A DNA stretch of 64,000 bases, taken from assembly GCA_963668315.1 (NCBI GenBank), contig OY764216.1:4736001-4800000 (forward strand), read 5' to 3'. Both the position numbers and the translations under genes were made by a program. Positions 1 to 10,119 of this stretch are shown piece after piece; within the stretch, counting starts at the first letter, position 1; each line of letters starts with the position of its first letter. The notes under the pieces were generated by a model. It was not told the origin of the DNA. It searched no databases and saw only the letters and a program-made list of their open reading frames with translations. The DNA is from Spirochaetia bacterium. Its GTDB lineage: Bacteria; Spirochaetota; Spirochaetia; DSM-2461.

Positions 1-69
1 CGGCCTTTATAATCTTCTTCATCTTCTTTTATCCTGTACGCCCGGATGATATTTTCCGGCTCATCCTAT

Positions 70-103
70 AAGAAAAAAGCTGCCCGACCGGACAGCTTCT
101 TTC
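70..103 (-). terminator. Likely intrinsic terminator after secF
   Basis: AAGCTG..CAGCTT stem at 77-98, with an A-run on + that reads as a U-tract on -, just after the secF stop. Confidence 0.55.
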
Positions 104-107
104 ATAT

Positions 108-1166
108 TTACTTTTTCTTTTTCTTCTTTTCTTTGGCTTTCTTCTTTTTTGCCGTAGCCTCGGCAATTTCCTCTGCGGACTGTTTTACCGCTTCGGGCTG
201 ATTTTTTTTCTTCTCCTTGTCCGCGGCTGCTTCTGCAGCGTGAGGACCGGCATGCATCTTTTTGGAGACCTTCTTTACGCTGCTGTTATGCCAGGCTATG
301 ACAATGGTGGAAGCGATAAAGATAGATGAATAGGTACCAACAACGATACCTACGATCAGATTAAGAGCAAAGAGTCTGACCGTTCCGGTTGAGAAGAAGA
401 AGATGGCCAATACGGCAATCAAAGTCGTGATAGACGTAATCAATGTACGGCTGAGGGACTGATTGATAGAAGTATTGACGACTTCCATAAAGCTGGACTC
501 TTTGATCATCCGGGTGTTTTCCCTGATTCTGTCGAAGATAACGATCGTGTCATTCAGGGAGTAACCGATAATGGTCAGAACCGCCGCCACGGTAGCCGTG
601 GAAACTTCCAGCTGGAAAAGGCCGATGAATCCGACCAGAAACAGAACGTCATGCAGAACGGCGGTAATAGCCGATACGGCATAATTCAGCTGGAATCTGA
701 TCCAGATATAAGCCAGGATAAGCAGAAGGGCCACAATGGAGAGCCAGGCTGTGTTGCGTGCCAGGTTACCGGCAAATCTTGCGCCTACGAAGGAAGAGCT
801 GTTGACCGTAACAGTTCCGCTGCCGAAGCTGTTTTCCAGAGCGGAAACAAGCTTTTTCTCGCCGTTCTGCTGGAATTCGGTCTCATCCCCTTCAACACCC
901 AGTCTGATCATATACTCGCCCATCGTGTCGGTACCGACTTTCTGAACCTGGGGGGAGAGCTCAAAACCGGACAGGGCGTCCCTTACAGAACCTTCAGTAA
1001 CGTCGGATCCGTCAATGGAAACCTGAACATTAAGACCGGCCTGGAAATCGATGCCCAGATTGAACCAGCCCATGACGGCTGTACCGGCCCAGAAACCGAC
1101 GATAAGTACAATGGACATGACAAGCATGGGTGTACGGAGCTTCATAAAATTAATTTGCGTTTTCAT
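108..1166 (-). CDS. secF: Protein translocase subunit SecF
   Basis: GIDF..G motif, IGYSLNDTIVIFDRIREN, SRT motif, 6 TM. ATG at 1166 overlaps the secD stop (TAATG). Lys-rich tail. Confidence 0.95.
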   Translation of the reverse strand: MKTQINFMKLRTPMLVMSIVLIVGFWAGTAVMGWFNLGIDFQAGLNVQVSIDGSDVTEGSVRDALSGFELSPQVQKVGTDTMGEYMIRLGVEGDETEFQQNGEKKLVSALENSFGSGTVTVNSSSFVGARFAGNLARNTAWLSIVALLLILAYIWIRFQLNYAVSAITAVLHDVLFLVGFIGLFQLEVSTATVAAVLTIIGYSLNDTIVIFDRIRENTRMIKESSFMEVVNTSINQSLSRTLITSITTLIAVLAIFFFSTGTVRLFALNLIVGIVVGTYSSIFIASTIVIAWHNSSVKKVSKKMHAGPHAAEAAADKEKKKNQPEAVKQSAEEIAEATAKKKKAKEKKKKKK

Positions 1167-2893
1167 TATTTGAGCCCCCAACCAATCTTGATCTTATCTT
1201 GTTTGAAATTCTCCGTTCCCACATCAAAAAGGAAATGGGAGACGAAAAGAGCCGTAAAGAGCGAACTGACAATACCTACTGCCAGGGTTACGGCAAATCC
1301 TCTTATGGAACCGGAACCGAGCATGGAGAGGAACAGAGCCGCGATAAGGGTGGTAATGTTCGCATCCATAATCGTCCAGAAAGCTTTCCTGAAACCGCCT
1401 TCGATGGAAGCGGCACGGGATTTGCCCAGACGAAGCTCTTCCTTGATTCTCTCAAAGATGATTACGTTGGCGTCAACCGCCATACCTACGTTGAGAATAA
1501 GACCGGCAATACTGGTCATGGTCAACGTGAAACGGAAGGCCGACAGTATGGCGGTGATAAAAAACAGGTTCAGAAGCAGAGCGATATCGGCGATAAATCC
1601 GGCCCGTCTGTACCAGACAAGCATAAAGATGAATACCGCGGCGAAACCGATGGAAATAGCCATGAGTCCGGCATTTCTGGTTTCCTCACCCAGGGTGGCT
1701 CCCACGATGCTCTGGGATTTGACTTCCAGGTCAACGGGCATGGCCGCCGTTCTGAGAATCAGTGCCAGGTCGTTGGCTTCCTGCGCATTGAATCCGGTAA
1801 CACGGACGGAATCGCGAATACCCTCGGAAATTGTGGCGATACTCTTGATTTTATCATCCATTACGACGGCAAGCGGCTTACCTGTGTTGGAGGAAGTCAG
1901 CTTATAGAAAAGCTCACCGCCCTCTTTATCCAGATAGAAGACAACGTTGGGCTGACCGGTAATCTGGTCGGAGGTGACGGAAGCACTCTCAATGTGCTGA
2001 CCGTCGAGGCCGACTTCACCGGTCATAACGGCATATCTCTGGAAAACGTCCTGGCCGTAGGAATCCTTCTTATAGTATCCTCTGACCACGAGCCCCTTGT
2101 CGATGATGCTGTCATCGGCAGGTCTGCCGTTAATGATCTGGCCGCCGGCGGCGGTATATTCGAGTATCGCATCGGTCGCATCATTATCGATGATATGAAA
2201 AGCCAGACGGCCTTTACCCATGAGGAAGGAGTTGACCTGCTCGGGATCTACTTCACCGGGAACTTCAATAAGGATCTGGTTATCGCTGGCGACCTTACGG
2301 ATACTGGGTTCGGTTACACCGAAAGTATCGATACGGTTGTTCAGGATTTCCATGGCCCTGTTGAGGGCGTCGTTCAGTTCGTCATCGGTAGGATTGTGTC
2401 CGAGTCTGTCCTCGAGGCTCTCTCTGTCCGCTTCGATTACGACGCTGAGACCGCCGAAAAGGTCCAGACCCAGCTTAATAGCCTTGGCTTTTACGTCCTT
2501 GAGCTCCTGGATTTCCAGGCGATAGCTGTCTTCCAAGGCCGTATAAACGTCCTGACCGGATCTGAAAGCGGAAAGCACGGCTTTTACCGTCCATTCCCTG
2601 GGAAGTTTCTCTCCCACCAGCTTATAATTGGCTTTAGCTTCGTCAATAAGGAAGTCAAGTTCCTCCGGCACAGCGCCGGAAAGCCCTTCCTCCGAAGCGG
2701 TAAGGGCTACCAATTGATCCAAACCTTCGCCGGCTTTATGCTCAGCATATTCCCTGATACTGTCCGTGGTGCCGTTGGCTAAAGTCTGCATCTCCGCAGT
2801 GGTGAAAAAATACCACCGAATTGTGGGGAGCAGAAAAAGAACTGCCAAAACCATACACAGAAGGATCAGGGAAAGTCTACTTACCCTGTTCAT
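1166..2893 (-). CDS. secD: Protein translocase subunit SecD
   Basis: KLGLDLFGG, RID.FGV.EP, GMAVDANVIIFERIKEE, DANITTL motifs. Confidence 0.96.
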   Translation of the reverse strand: MNRVSRLSLILLCMVLAVLFLLPTIRWYFFTTAEMQTLANGTTDSIREYAEHKAGEGLDQLVALTASEEGLSGAVPEELDFLIDEAKANYKLVGEKLPREWTVKAVLSAFRSGQDVYTALEDSYRLEIQELKDVKAKAIKLGLDLFGGLSVVIEADRESLEDRLGHNPTDDELNDALNRAMEILNNRIDTFGVTEPSIRKVASDNQILIEVPGEVDPEQVNSFLMGKGRLAFHIIDNDATDAILEYTAAGGQIINGRPADDSIIDKGLVVRGYYKKDSYGQDVFQRYAVMTGEVGLDGQHIESASVTSDQITGQPNVVFYLDKEGGELFYKLTSSNTGKPLAVVMDDKIKSIATISEGIRDSVRVTGFNAQEANDLALILRTAAMPVDLEVKSQSIVGATLGEETRNAGLMAISIGFAAVFIFMLVWYRRAGFIADIALLLNLFFITAILSAFRFTLTMTSIAGLILNVGMAVDANVIIFERIKEELRLGKSRAASIEGGFRKAFWTIMDANITTLIAALFLSMLGSGSIRGFAVTLAVGIVSSLFTALFVSHFLFDVGTENFKQDKIKIGWGLK

Positions 2894-2909
2894 GTTGTCT
2901 CTCCGATTA

Positions 2910-3287
2910 TTATTTCTTTTTCTTGTCGTTTCCGCCGTTCTCTTCTACAGCGGTTTTCTCGTCGCCTTTCGGGTCCTCTTTGCTGTTGTCAACGCTGGAA
3001 ACGGCGGATTTGGTAATCTCAAGCTTAACGTTGTCATCCACCTTAACCATAACGGTGGACTCCTTGACGTTGGTTACCATACCTTTGATACCGCCGATAG
3101 TGGTGATTTTATCACCCTTCTTAACCGCGTCTATCATCGCCTGGCGTTCCTTCTCTTTTTTGCGCTGGGGCCGAATGAGAAGGAAGTAAAAAATTGCGAA
3201 AATGGCAACAAGCATGACAATGCTCATGGCCGAGCTGCCCGTTGCCGCCGTAGCCTGCAGTAAGGGCAATGAAAATAACTGATACAT
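2910..3287 (-). CDS. yajC: Preprotein translocase subunit YajC
   Basis: FYFLLIRPQRKK..GDKITTIGGI; upstream of secD; ATG at 3287 follows a GAGG/AGG SD-like sequence. Confidence 0.93.
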   Translation of the reverse strand: MYQLFSLPLLQATAATGSSAMSIVMLVAIFAIFYFLLIRPQRKKEKERQAMIDAVKKGDKITTIGGIKGMVTNVKESTVMVKVDDNVKLEITKSAVSSVDNSKEDPKGDEKTAVEENGGNDKKKK

Positions 3288-3358
3288 ACCTACTTCCTCT
3301 TTAATATGGGAATTGAGAAAAAATATCATGAATAGAGGCCAGAGTCAAGTTTTATAAA

Positions 3359-3652
3359 CTAGACGTATCTGACCGAAGAGACCTCACCCCAGGATGGAAT
3401 GATTCCCAATACCTTCACCAGGCTATCCGCGTCGGCAACTCCGGCACCGCTGATCTCGTTGAACTTCCGGAGGACATACTCCCGACCTTCCCGGTCATCA
3501 TCGAAGAGTGCCGCAGCCAGAGCGCTTTTGTAAAGTCCCAGATCGGCCAGCTGAACGGGCGTTTTTTTCCCGTACCTGACCATAGCCTGCTTGTCTACGA
3601 TTGCGTCGCCGCCATTATAACCAATGGTAAAACAATATTGTTCTCTTTTCAT
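3359..3652 (-). CDS. Hypothetical protein (97 aa)
   Basis: ORF fills the gap between the WYL gene and yajC on the same strand; no recognised motif. Confidence 0.6.
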   Translation of the reverse strand: MKREQYCFTIGYNGGDAIVDKQAMVRYGKKTPVQLADLGLYKSALAAALFDDDREGREYVLRKFNEISGAGVADADSLVKVLGIIPSWGEVSSVRYV

Positions 3653-3698
3653 AACACCGAAAGATATACTAACAGGAAAAAATCGCTATGGGAAGCCT

Positions 3699-4652
3699 CT
3701 ATAGAAAGTTCTGTGCCATCTTCCGGATCTTTTCCTTCCATATATCCCTCAATTCGGGGGGAGAAACCACTTCTCCCTCCTCGCGAAAGGAAAAAACACG
3801 GTTAAGAACCTCTTCGAAGGAGGACACGGGAAAGGTGAACTCCCGTATCCCCTTCTCACGGTTCCAAACCTCCTTCTGAGTAGGATGCCAGACCACGCCC
3901 TCTGTCAGCAGAGCCGCTCTGCCGGTAAAACGGAGCGTCACCGTTCTTCCCGGAGCTTCATTATTCAGCTCTGTCATGATGCCGAATCCGCTGTTCATCC
4001 TCTCGATCAGAGTCTCCCTGTCCAGGGGAAATTCAAAGGTTTCATCAAGAAGTGCCAGTTCCTCTATCCGGCTCAGAAGGAAAAGGCGTATGGCCTTTCT
4101 CGTATGGCACCAGGCCGCCAGATACCACTGGCCGTTCCAGTTCTTCAGATGAAGGGGGTCCACCCTTCTCCCCGAACTATCTCCGCCGAGGGACCGGTAA
4201 ACCATATCCATCCTTCTCCCCGAGCCGACCGCTCTTAGTATAAGGGAAAAGAAACGATCCGGCGGTTCGGGATAATCAAACAGGCCGTAGCTGATATGCT
4301 CCGATAGCTCCCGGTATTCCGGCGGGAGGATTCCGGCGAGATGCTCCTCAATGGAACGGGAGACAAGGGGCATGAGCTTCCTGTTCCGGCAGAACCCCAT
4401 GGCCAGGGAATAGAACAGCAGCTCCTGTTCCCCCCTTGCCCGGACTTTTTCCAGATCCTCACCGGAGAGGCTGTAGTACCCGCCCGATCCGGACCAGATA
4501 AGCCGATAGCCCAAACGGTCGCGAATATATTCGAGATCCCTCTTGACCGTCCGGGAGGATATTTCAAAGCGCCGGGCGGTTTCTCCGGTCGTTATGCGGT
4601 TCTCTTCACGCAGCTTGTTTAATATGTAAAAGATTCTCTCCGTCTGACTCAC
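3699..4652 (-). CDS. HTH-WYL domain transcriptional regulator (PafB/C, DriD-like)
   Basis: N-terminal wHTH (RFEISSRTVKRDLEYIRD); WYL core RRVDPLHL..NGQWYLAAWCH..IRLFLLSRI; WCX-like C-terminus. Start is GTG 4652 or 4664. Confidence 0.9.
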   Translation of the reverse strand: MSQTERIFYILNKLREENRITTGETARRFEISSRTVKRDLEYIRDRLGYRLIWSGSGGYYSLSGEDLEKVRARGEQELLFYSLAMGFCRNRKLMPLVSRSIEEHLAGILPPEYRELSEHISYGLFDYPEPPDRFFSLILRAVGSGRRMDMVYRSLGGDSSGRRVDPLHLKNWNGQWYLAAWCHTRKAIRLFLLSRIEELALLDETFEFPLDRETLIERMNSGFGIMTELNNEAPGRTVTLRFTGRAALLTEGVVWHPTQKEVWNREKGIREFTFPVSSFEEVLNRVFSFREEGEVVSPPELRDIWKEKIRKMAQNFL

Positions 4653-4851
4653 AACACCCCCCACTTCTCCTATTTAATAGTGACATTAACGTCCATTTAC
4701 GGCCATTTAAGGACAACTTTCTCTTTTTTTTACTATTTTTTTTGAAAATCCGCTTGATTCTTTTTTTCCGATGAGGTATATATATGGACGAGGCAGATAA
4801 CATAACAGTTTTCAACCTCTGATTTTTTTCATAAAATAAACTTCCTAACTT

Positions 4852-4886
4852 AAGGGGCCCTTTCGTTGACTGGGCCCCTTTTTTTT
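4852..4886 (+). terminator. Strong intrinsic terminator with no annotated gene upstream
   Basis: AAGGGGCCC (4852-60), 11-nt loop, GGGCCCCTT (4872-80), then a T-run. Confidence 0.8.
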
Positions 4887-5165
4887 AGTCTGTCCCCTAA
4901 GGGCCGATGTGTCCGTTCCTCTCTGCAAAGATCTCAGACATCATTTTAAACCCACTCCCGGAAAGGCTTCAATAATATATTAATTCTACAGCTCAGGCGG
5001 TTCTTTTTTTCCTTCCCCCCTCTGAAAAACCACCGGAAACCCCTTCTCTTCCGCTTTACATGCATTTTTTACCCTTCGGTATAAAACAAAAAAAGCCGTA
5101 ACGACGATTGACGACGCCGGAAAAAAGTGCGAAAATACTTTTATCTTACACATCCCGGAGTTGAT

Positions 5166-6686
5166 ATGGCTGTAAGCGATACAGTTGTTCTTGAAACACG
5201 TAATATTTCCAAAAGGTTCCCCCGGGTATTAGCAAACAATAACATTAACATCACTCTTCACGAAGGCGAGATCATTTCCCTTCTCGGGGAAAATGGCGCG
5301 GGCAAGTCCACATTAATGAATGTTCTTTACGGTTTGTATAAGCCCACCACGGGAACGATCCTTCTCCACGGCAAGGAAGTGGAGTTTTCCTCCCCCAGGG
5401 ATGCCATAGACAAGGGTCTTGGTATGGTACATCAGCATTTTATGCTGGTTGATCCTTTAACCGTCACGGAGAATATCATTCTGGGCATGGAGCCCGGCAG
5501 GGGCGGATTGATCGATTACGGCCAGGCCCGCAAGGAAGTCAAGGAACTGTCCGATAAATACAGGCTGGAGATTGACCCCGACAGCCTGGTGGAAAATCTT
5601 CCCGTCGGTCTGCAGCAGAGAGTGGAGATACTCAAGGCCCTTTACAGAAAGGCGCGGATTCTCATTCTGGATGAGCCGACCGCCGTACTGACTCCCGGTG
5701 AAGTGGAGGACCTTTTCAAGGTCATAAGAAGGCTGCGCGAATCGGGCGTATCGGTCATCATCATCACCCATAAGCTCGAAGAGGTCCGCGCGATAAGCGA
5801 CCGGGTCTATATTCTCCGCCGGGGAGAAATCGCCGGGGAGAGACATACGAAGGACTGTTCAAAAACCGACCTGGCCAACCTCATGGTTGGGCGGGATGTG
5901 GTCCTTACCGTAAAGAAAGAGAAACATAAAGCCGGCGATGCGGCTACATTTGAGATAAAAAATCTAAATGTCATAAACGAAAGAAACGTCAAAGTTGTAG
6001 ACGGTCTTTCTCTGAATGTCAAACCCGGAGAGATTGTAGGTATCGCCGGTGTAGACGGCAACGGACAGACGGAACTGGCCCAGACCATTATGGGACAAAT
6101 GATTCAGGAATCGGGGGAGATTCTTTATAAAGGTAAGCCGATTCAGAATCTGGATACCCGTAAGCGACGGGATCTGGGCATATCCTATGTTCCTACGGAC
6201 AGACAGAAGGAAGGTCTGGTTCTGCCCTTTTCCATTGCGGAGAATATCATACTGGGCAGCCAGGATGAAAAACCCTTTACCCGGGGCATCAACCTGCAGA
6301 AAGGCTCAATAAACAGTTACTCGGAAAAACTGGTTAAGGATTTCGATGTCCGGTGCGCTTCCATAGAGGAAGCCGTATCCAATCTGTCCGGAGGAAATCA
6401 GCAGAAAGTTATTCTGGCCAGGGAATTCGCCCGGGATCCGGATTTTCTTCTGGTCTCCCAGCCGACCCGCGGTCTCGACGTGGGCGCCATAGAGTATATT
6501 CACAGTCAGATTCTCAACATGCGCGCCAAAAACAGCGCCATACTGCTCATATCCCTTGAGCTGGAGGAGATCTTCTCCCTGGCAGACAGGATTCTTGTTC
6601 TCTTCGAGGGACGTATCGTCAAGGAACTCAACCCCGCCGAAACGAACGACAAGGAAGTAGGACTTTACATGACGGGGGGAAATTAA
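5166..6686 (+). CDS. Nucleoside/simple-sugar ABC transporter ATP-binding protein (NupA-like, two ATPase domains)
   Basis: GENGAGKST, MVHQHFML, LDEPTAVLT, LSGGNQQK, QPTRGLDVGA; GGAG SD before ATG 5166. Confidence 0.92.
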   Translation: MAVSDTVVLETRNISKRFPRVLANNNINITLHEGEIISLLGENGAGKSTLMNVLYGLYKPTTGTILLHGKEVEFSSPRDAIDKGLGMVHQHFMLVDPLTVTENIILGMEPGRGGLIDYGQARKEVKELSDKYRLEIDPDSLVENLPVGLQQRVEILKALYRKARILILDEPTAVLTPGEVEDLFKVIRRLRESGVSVIIITHKLEEVRAISDRVYILRRGEIAGERHTKDCSKTDLANLMVGRDVVLTVKKEKHKAGDAATFEIKNLNVINERNVKVVDGLSLNVKPGEIVGIAGVDGNGQTELAQTIMGQMIQESGEILYKGKPIQNLDTRKRRDLGISYVPTDRQKEGLVLPFSIAENIILGSQDEKPFTRGINLQKGSINSYSEKLVKDFDVRCASIEEAVSNLSGGNQQKVILAREFARDPDFLLVSQPTRGLDVGAIEYIHSQILNMRAKNSAILLISLELEEIFSLADRILVLFEGRIVKELNPAETNDKEVGLYMTGGN

Positions 6687-7921
6687 TGGAAAAATTACTG
6701 ACGAGCCTGAAGGTTGTTTCAGGCATTGTTGGCGTCGTATTCTGGGCGGCGTCTCAGTTCTGGGGAATCCTTCTGGTGCTTCTGGCTATGGGGATTCATC
6801 TGTATCAGAGTATCCGCACCATGGAGAAGGACGAAGCGAAGGAGAGCCTCAAGGCCCTGGGAATGGAAGCCTTCTATCCGGCCATCGGAATTGCCGTAGC
6901 CATCATCATCGGAGGATTGATCATGGCCTTCACCGGCTACGATCCCATCAAGGCCTACAGTGCTCTTTTCTACGGCGGTCTGGTCAAGAACTGGCACATT
7001 TCCCTTCTCAATGCCACACCTCTGATTTTCACCGGCCTGTCCATAGCCGTGGCCTTTAAGGCCGGTCTGTTCAATATCGGAGCCGAGGGGCAGTACTATA
7101 TCGGTTCCATGATAGCCACCTGGCTGGCTATACGGTTCTCCCTTCCTCTGGGACTCTACATTCCCGTCATTATCATCCTGGCGGGAGCGGCAGCGGCGGC
7201 TTACAACATCATCCCGACACTGCTGAAGATCCGCACGGGCGCCCATGAAGTTGTAACCACCATGATGTTCGCCCATATCGCCACAAAGTACTCCACCATT
7301 TTCGTGAGAAACAACGGAGGAGACCCGGCGACCAGCAAGCATGCCTATGTGACCAACGCCATCCAGGAAGCGAATGAGCTTCTTCCTCTGAAGTCCATAA
7401 TTCCCGGGGCTAACTACCGGGTCCATATCGGCGTTCTTCTTGCCCTCGCGACAGCCGTCCTTATCTGGTATGTACTGTTCAAAACACGTATCGGGTATGA
7501 AATCCGTGCGGTGGGCGAAAATCAGATTGCCGCGAAAACTCAGGGCATCAAAGCGGGACGGTCCATTATGATAGCCATGCTTATCGCCGGTTTCCTCTGC
7601 GGCATATCCGGAACGACGCAGGTTCTGGGTCTGGAGCATAAAATGTACGAGAATCTGAACGCCGGGTACGGCTGGAACGGTATCTCCGTCGCCCTGCTGG
7701 CGAACAACGATCCCATAGGCGTGATTTTCGCCGCCCTGCTCTGGGGCATACTGGATGCGGGCGGTCAGTACATGGCCCGCACGACCCAGACTCCCAGCGC
7801 CATCGTGGAAATAATCAAGGGAACGATTCTTTTTCTCATTCTGGCCAAACATCTCTATTTCTGGTTCGGTCATAAATTATTCAACGGCAGAAAGAAAGCT
7901 GCCGCCGTGGAGGCCGCCTAA
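6686..7921 (+). CDS. Nucleoside ABC transporter permease (NupB-like)
   Basis: GLFNIGAEGQ, HEVVTTMM, GYEIRAVGEN, GYGWNGISVALL. Confidence 0.9.
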   Translation: MEKLLTSLKVVSGIVGVVFWAASQFWGILLVLLAMGIHLYQSIRTMEKDEAKESLKALGMEAFYPAIGIAVAIIIGGLIMAFTGYDPIKAYSALFYGGLVKNWHISLLNATPLIFTGLSIAVAFKAGLFNIGAEGQYYIGSMIATWLAIRFSLPLGLYIPVIIILAGAAAAAYNIIPTLLKIRTGAHEVVTTMMFAHIATKYSTIFVRNNGGDPATSKHAYVTNAIQEANELLPLKSIIPGANYRVHIGVLLALATAVLIWYVLFKTRIGYEIRAVGENQIAAKTQGIKAGRSIMIAMLIAGFLCGISGTTQVLGLEHKMYENLNAGYGWNGISVALLANNDPIGVIFAALLWGILDAGGQYMARTTQTPSAIVEIIKGTILFLILAKHLYFWFGHKLFNGRKKAAAVEAA

Positions 7922-8859
7922 TGGAATTTGTCATTGAACTGCTTTCGGCCACTATGAGACTGGCGACTCCGATCGCTCTGGCGGCCATGGGTGCCGCTGT
8001 TTGCGAACGGTCCGGTATCGTCAATATCGCCATGGAAGGCCTGATGCTCATGGGAGCCTTTTTCGCCGCGGCGGTAGCTCTGGCCACCGGAAGCCCCTGG
8101 CTCGGACTGCTGGGCGGAGTGATATTCGGGGGGATTTTCTCCCTGCTTCATGCCTGGTCCACCGTAACGCTTCATATCAACCATACAGTATCGGGAGCCA
8201 TTATCAATATTCTGGCCGCCGGGCTGACTCGTTTTTTCATGGTGGAATTCTACGGTCACCCCGGATCTTCCGATATGGTGCAGAAAACCCTGGGTGATAT
8301 TAACTGCGCTATTCCTCTCCTCTCGAAGATTCCCGTGTTGGGACCGGTCCTATTTGACCAGAGCCCCACGGTTTATTTTATGTATTTCTTTGTCTTCTTC
8401 ACCACCTTCCTCCTGAACAAGACGAAGCTGGGACTTCATATCAGAGCGGCCGGAGAGCATCCCATGGCTCTGGAGACCCTGGGGATCTCGGTAAAGAAGA
8501 TCCGCTACATAGGCGTTCTCTACTCAGGACTCCTGTGCGGTTTCGCCGGTTCTTTTCTGGCGATTGAATACGGCCGTTTCTTCACCGAGGGAATGACGGG
8601 AGGCCGGGGTTTCATAGCCCTCGCCGCCAACGTGTCCGGCGGCTGGACTGCGGTTGGATCATTTATTGCCGCCATTTTCTTCGGCTTTATTGACGCCCTG
8701 CAGTTAAAGCTTCAGGTTATGGGGATTTTTCACATACCTCCGGAATTTTTCCATATGCTTCCCTATGCCGCAACCGTTATTGCCGTCGCCGGGCTGGTAC
8801 GCCGTTCCCGGCCGCCCGCCGATTCGGGTAATGACTTCACCATTGAGGAAGAGATGTAG
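7921..8859 (+). CDS. Nucleoside ABC transporter permease (NupC-like)
   Basis: ERSGIVNIAMEG, RAAGEHP, MTGGRGFIALAA. Confidence 0.9.
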   Translation: MEFVIELLSATMRLATPIALAAMGAAVCERSGIVNIAMEGLMLMGAFFAAAVALATGSPWLGLLGGVIFGGIFSLLHAWSTVTLHINHTVSGAIINILAAGLTRFFMVEFYGHPGSSDMVQKTLGDINCAIPLLSKIPVLGPVLFDQSPTVYFMYFFVFFTTFLLNKTKLGLHIRAAGEHPMALETLGISVKKIRYIGVLYSGLLCGFAGSFLAIEYGRFFTEGMTGGRGFIALAANVSGGWTAVGSFIAAIFFGFIDALQLKLQVMGIFHIPPEFFHMLPYAATVIAVAGLVRRSRPPADSGNDFTIEEEM

Positions 8860-8923
8860 ATTACTCTCCGTTGGATAACGGATTGTTATATTGTTTTTTT
8901 ATTTTATCTATAAGGAGATGAAT

Positions 8924-9967
8924 ATGAAGAAAGCGATTTTATTGCTTATGGTACTGAGCCTTTCTGTAATGGGTCTGGTTGCTAACGGCGGTTCGGAAGC
9001 AGCAGCAGATACTACCCTTATCGCCGCTATGGCCACCGATGTGGGCGGTCTTGGAGACGGTTCTTTCAATGACGGTTCCTACGCCGGTCTTCAGCAGGCC
9101 GAAGCCGACGGTATCTGTGAGGCCCGTGTTGTCGAGTCCAAACAGATGACCGACTATGTTCCCAACCTGACAGGTCTGGCAGAAGATGGGGCAGATATTG
9201 TTTTCGCCGTAGGTTTTCTCATGGCCGAAGCTATTATCGAAGCCGCTGAAAACAATCCCGAAACTTACTACGCCGGTATCGACATCGGTGTTGATACTTC
9301 CACCGCTCCCTCCAACGTTCAGGGTATCCTCTTCAAAGAACAGGAAGCCGGTTACCTGGCCGGTATCGTTGCCGGTTACATGACCAAAGAGTATGCCGGT
9401 GCTTCCGACAGACTTAACGACGAAAACGTTCTGGGTGTTGTTCTTGGTATGGACATTCCTTCCGTAGAAAGATACGAAGTCGGTTTTACCGCCGGTGCCA
9501 AGTCTGTTAACCCCAGCGTAAAAGTTCTTACCGCCGTTGCCGGTGATTTTGCCGACCAGGCCAAAGGAAAAGAGCTTACTCTGGCTATGATCAACGAAGG
9601 CGCCGACATTGTTTTCCAGGTTGCCGGTCTGACCGGTATGGGTGTCATTGCCGCTGCCCAGGAAGAGGGAACTCTGGCTATCGGTGTTGATGTTGACCAG
9701 TACGCCGCCGCCCCCGAAGCTGTTCTTACTTCCGCTATGAAAGGTATCACCGCCGCTACCTATCAGACCATCAAGTCTGTGGCAGACGGAACTTTCAAAG
9801 GACCCGCCAACCTGAATTTCGGTATGGCCGAAGACGCAGTGGGAATCGCTCCTTTCCATGAGTTCGACTCCGTTGTTCCCCAGGCTGTTAAAGACGCTGT
9901 GGAAGACGCAAAAGCTGCCATCAAGAGCGGATCCATTGTTGTACCCGCCAGCAGAGCAGAGCTCTAA
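8924..9967 (+). CDS. BMP/PnrA-family purine nucleoside-binding protein
   Basis: TDVGGLGDGSFN, FKEQEAGYLAG, AIGVDVDQ, TSAMK; AAGGAG SD; signal peptide ending ANGGSE with no lipobox Cys. Confidence 0.92.
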   Translation: MKKAILLLMVLSLSVMGLVANGGSEAAADTTLIAAMATDVGGLGDGSFNDGSYAGLQQAEADGICEARVVESKQMTDYVPNLTGLAEDGADIVFAVGFLMAEAIIEAAENNPETYYAGIDIGVDTSTAPSNVQGILFKEQEAGYLAGIVAGYMTKEYAGASDRLNDENVLGVVLGMDIPSVERYEVGFTAGAKSVNPSVKVLTAVAGDFADQAKGKELTLAMINEGADIVFQVAGLTGMGVIAAAQEEGTLAIGVDVDQYAAAPEAVLTSAMKGITAATYQTIKSVADGTFKGPANLNFGMAEDAVGIAPFHEFDSVVPQAVKDAVEDAKAAIKSGSIVVPASRAEL

Positions 9968-9999
9968 ATCGGTATAAATCCTTCATATAAGGATAAGAG

Positions 10000-10032
10000 A
10001 CTCCCGGCAGGATATCCTCCGGGAGTTTTTTT
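10000..10032 (+). terminator. Intrinsic terminator of the ABC operon
   Basis: ACTCCCGG..CCGGGAGT stem followed by a T-run. Confidence 0.8.
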
Positions 10033-10119
10033 ATACCCCCTCGCCGGCGGAGATACGCCCCCTTGCCGCTCCCTTCCCGGCTTGCAAAAAAAGGATAAAA
10101 CGTTCATAGTATTCGGCGT

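Noticed and set aside
1..64. 5' end of a minus-strand gene at the window edge (ATG at 22 or 64)
   Set aside because: Too short to assign a frame or product
651..2782. Long antisense ORFs (also 27599-29152, 61985-63487, 6719-7873 and others)
   Set aside because: Shadows of real genes caused by codon bias; no motifs or SD sequences
4900..5160. Purine riboswitch ahead of the nucleoside ABC operon
   Set aside because: The conserved core (TATAAT..GG..TTTCTAC..CCGTAAA..GA) is not present in order
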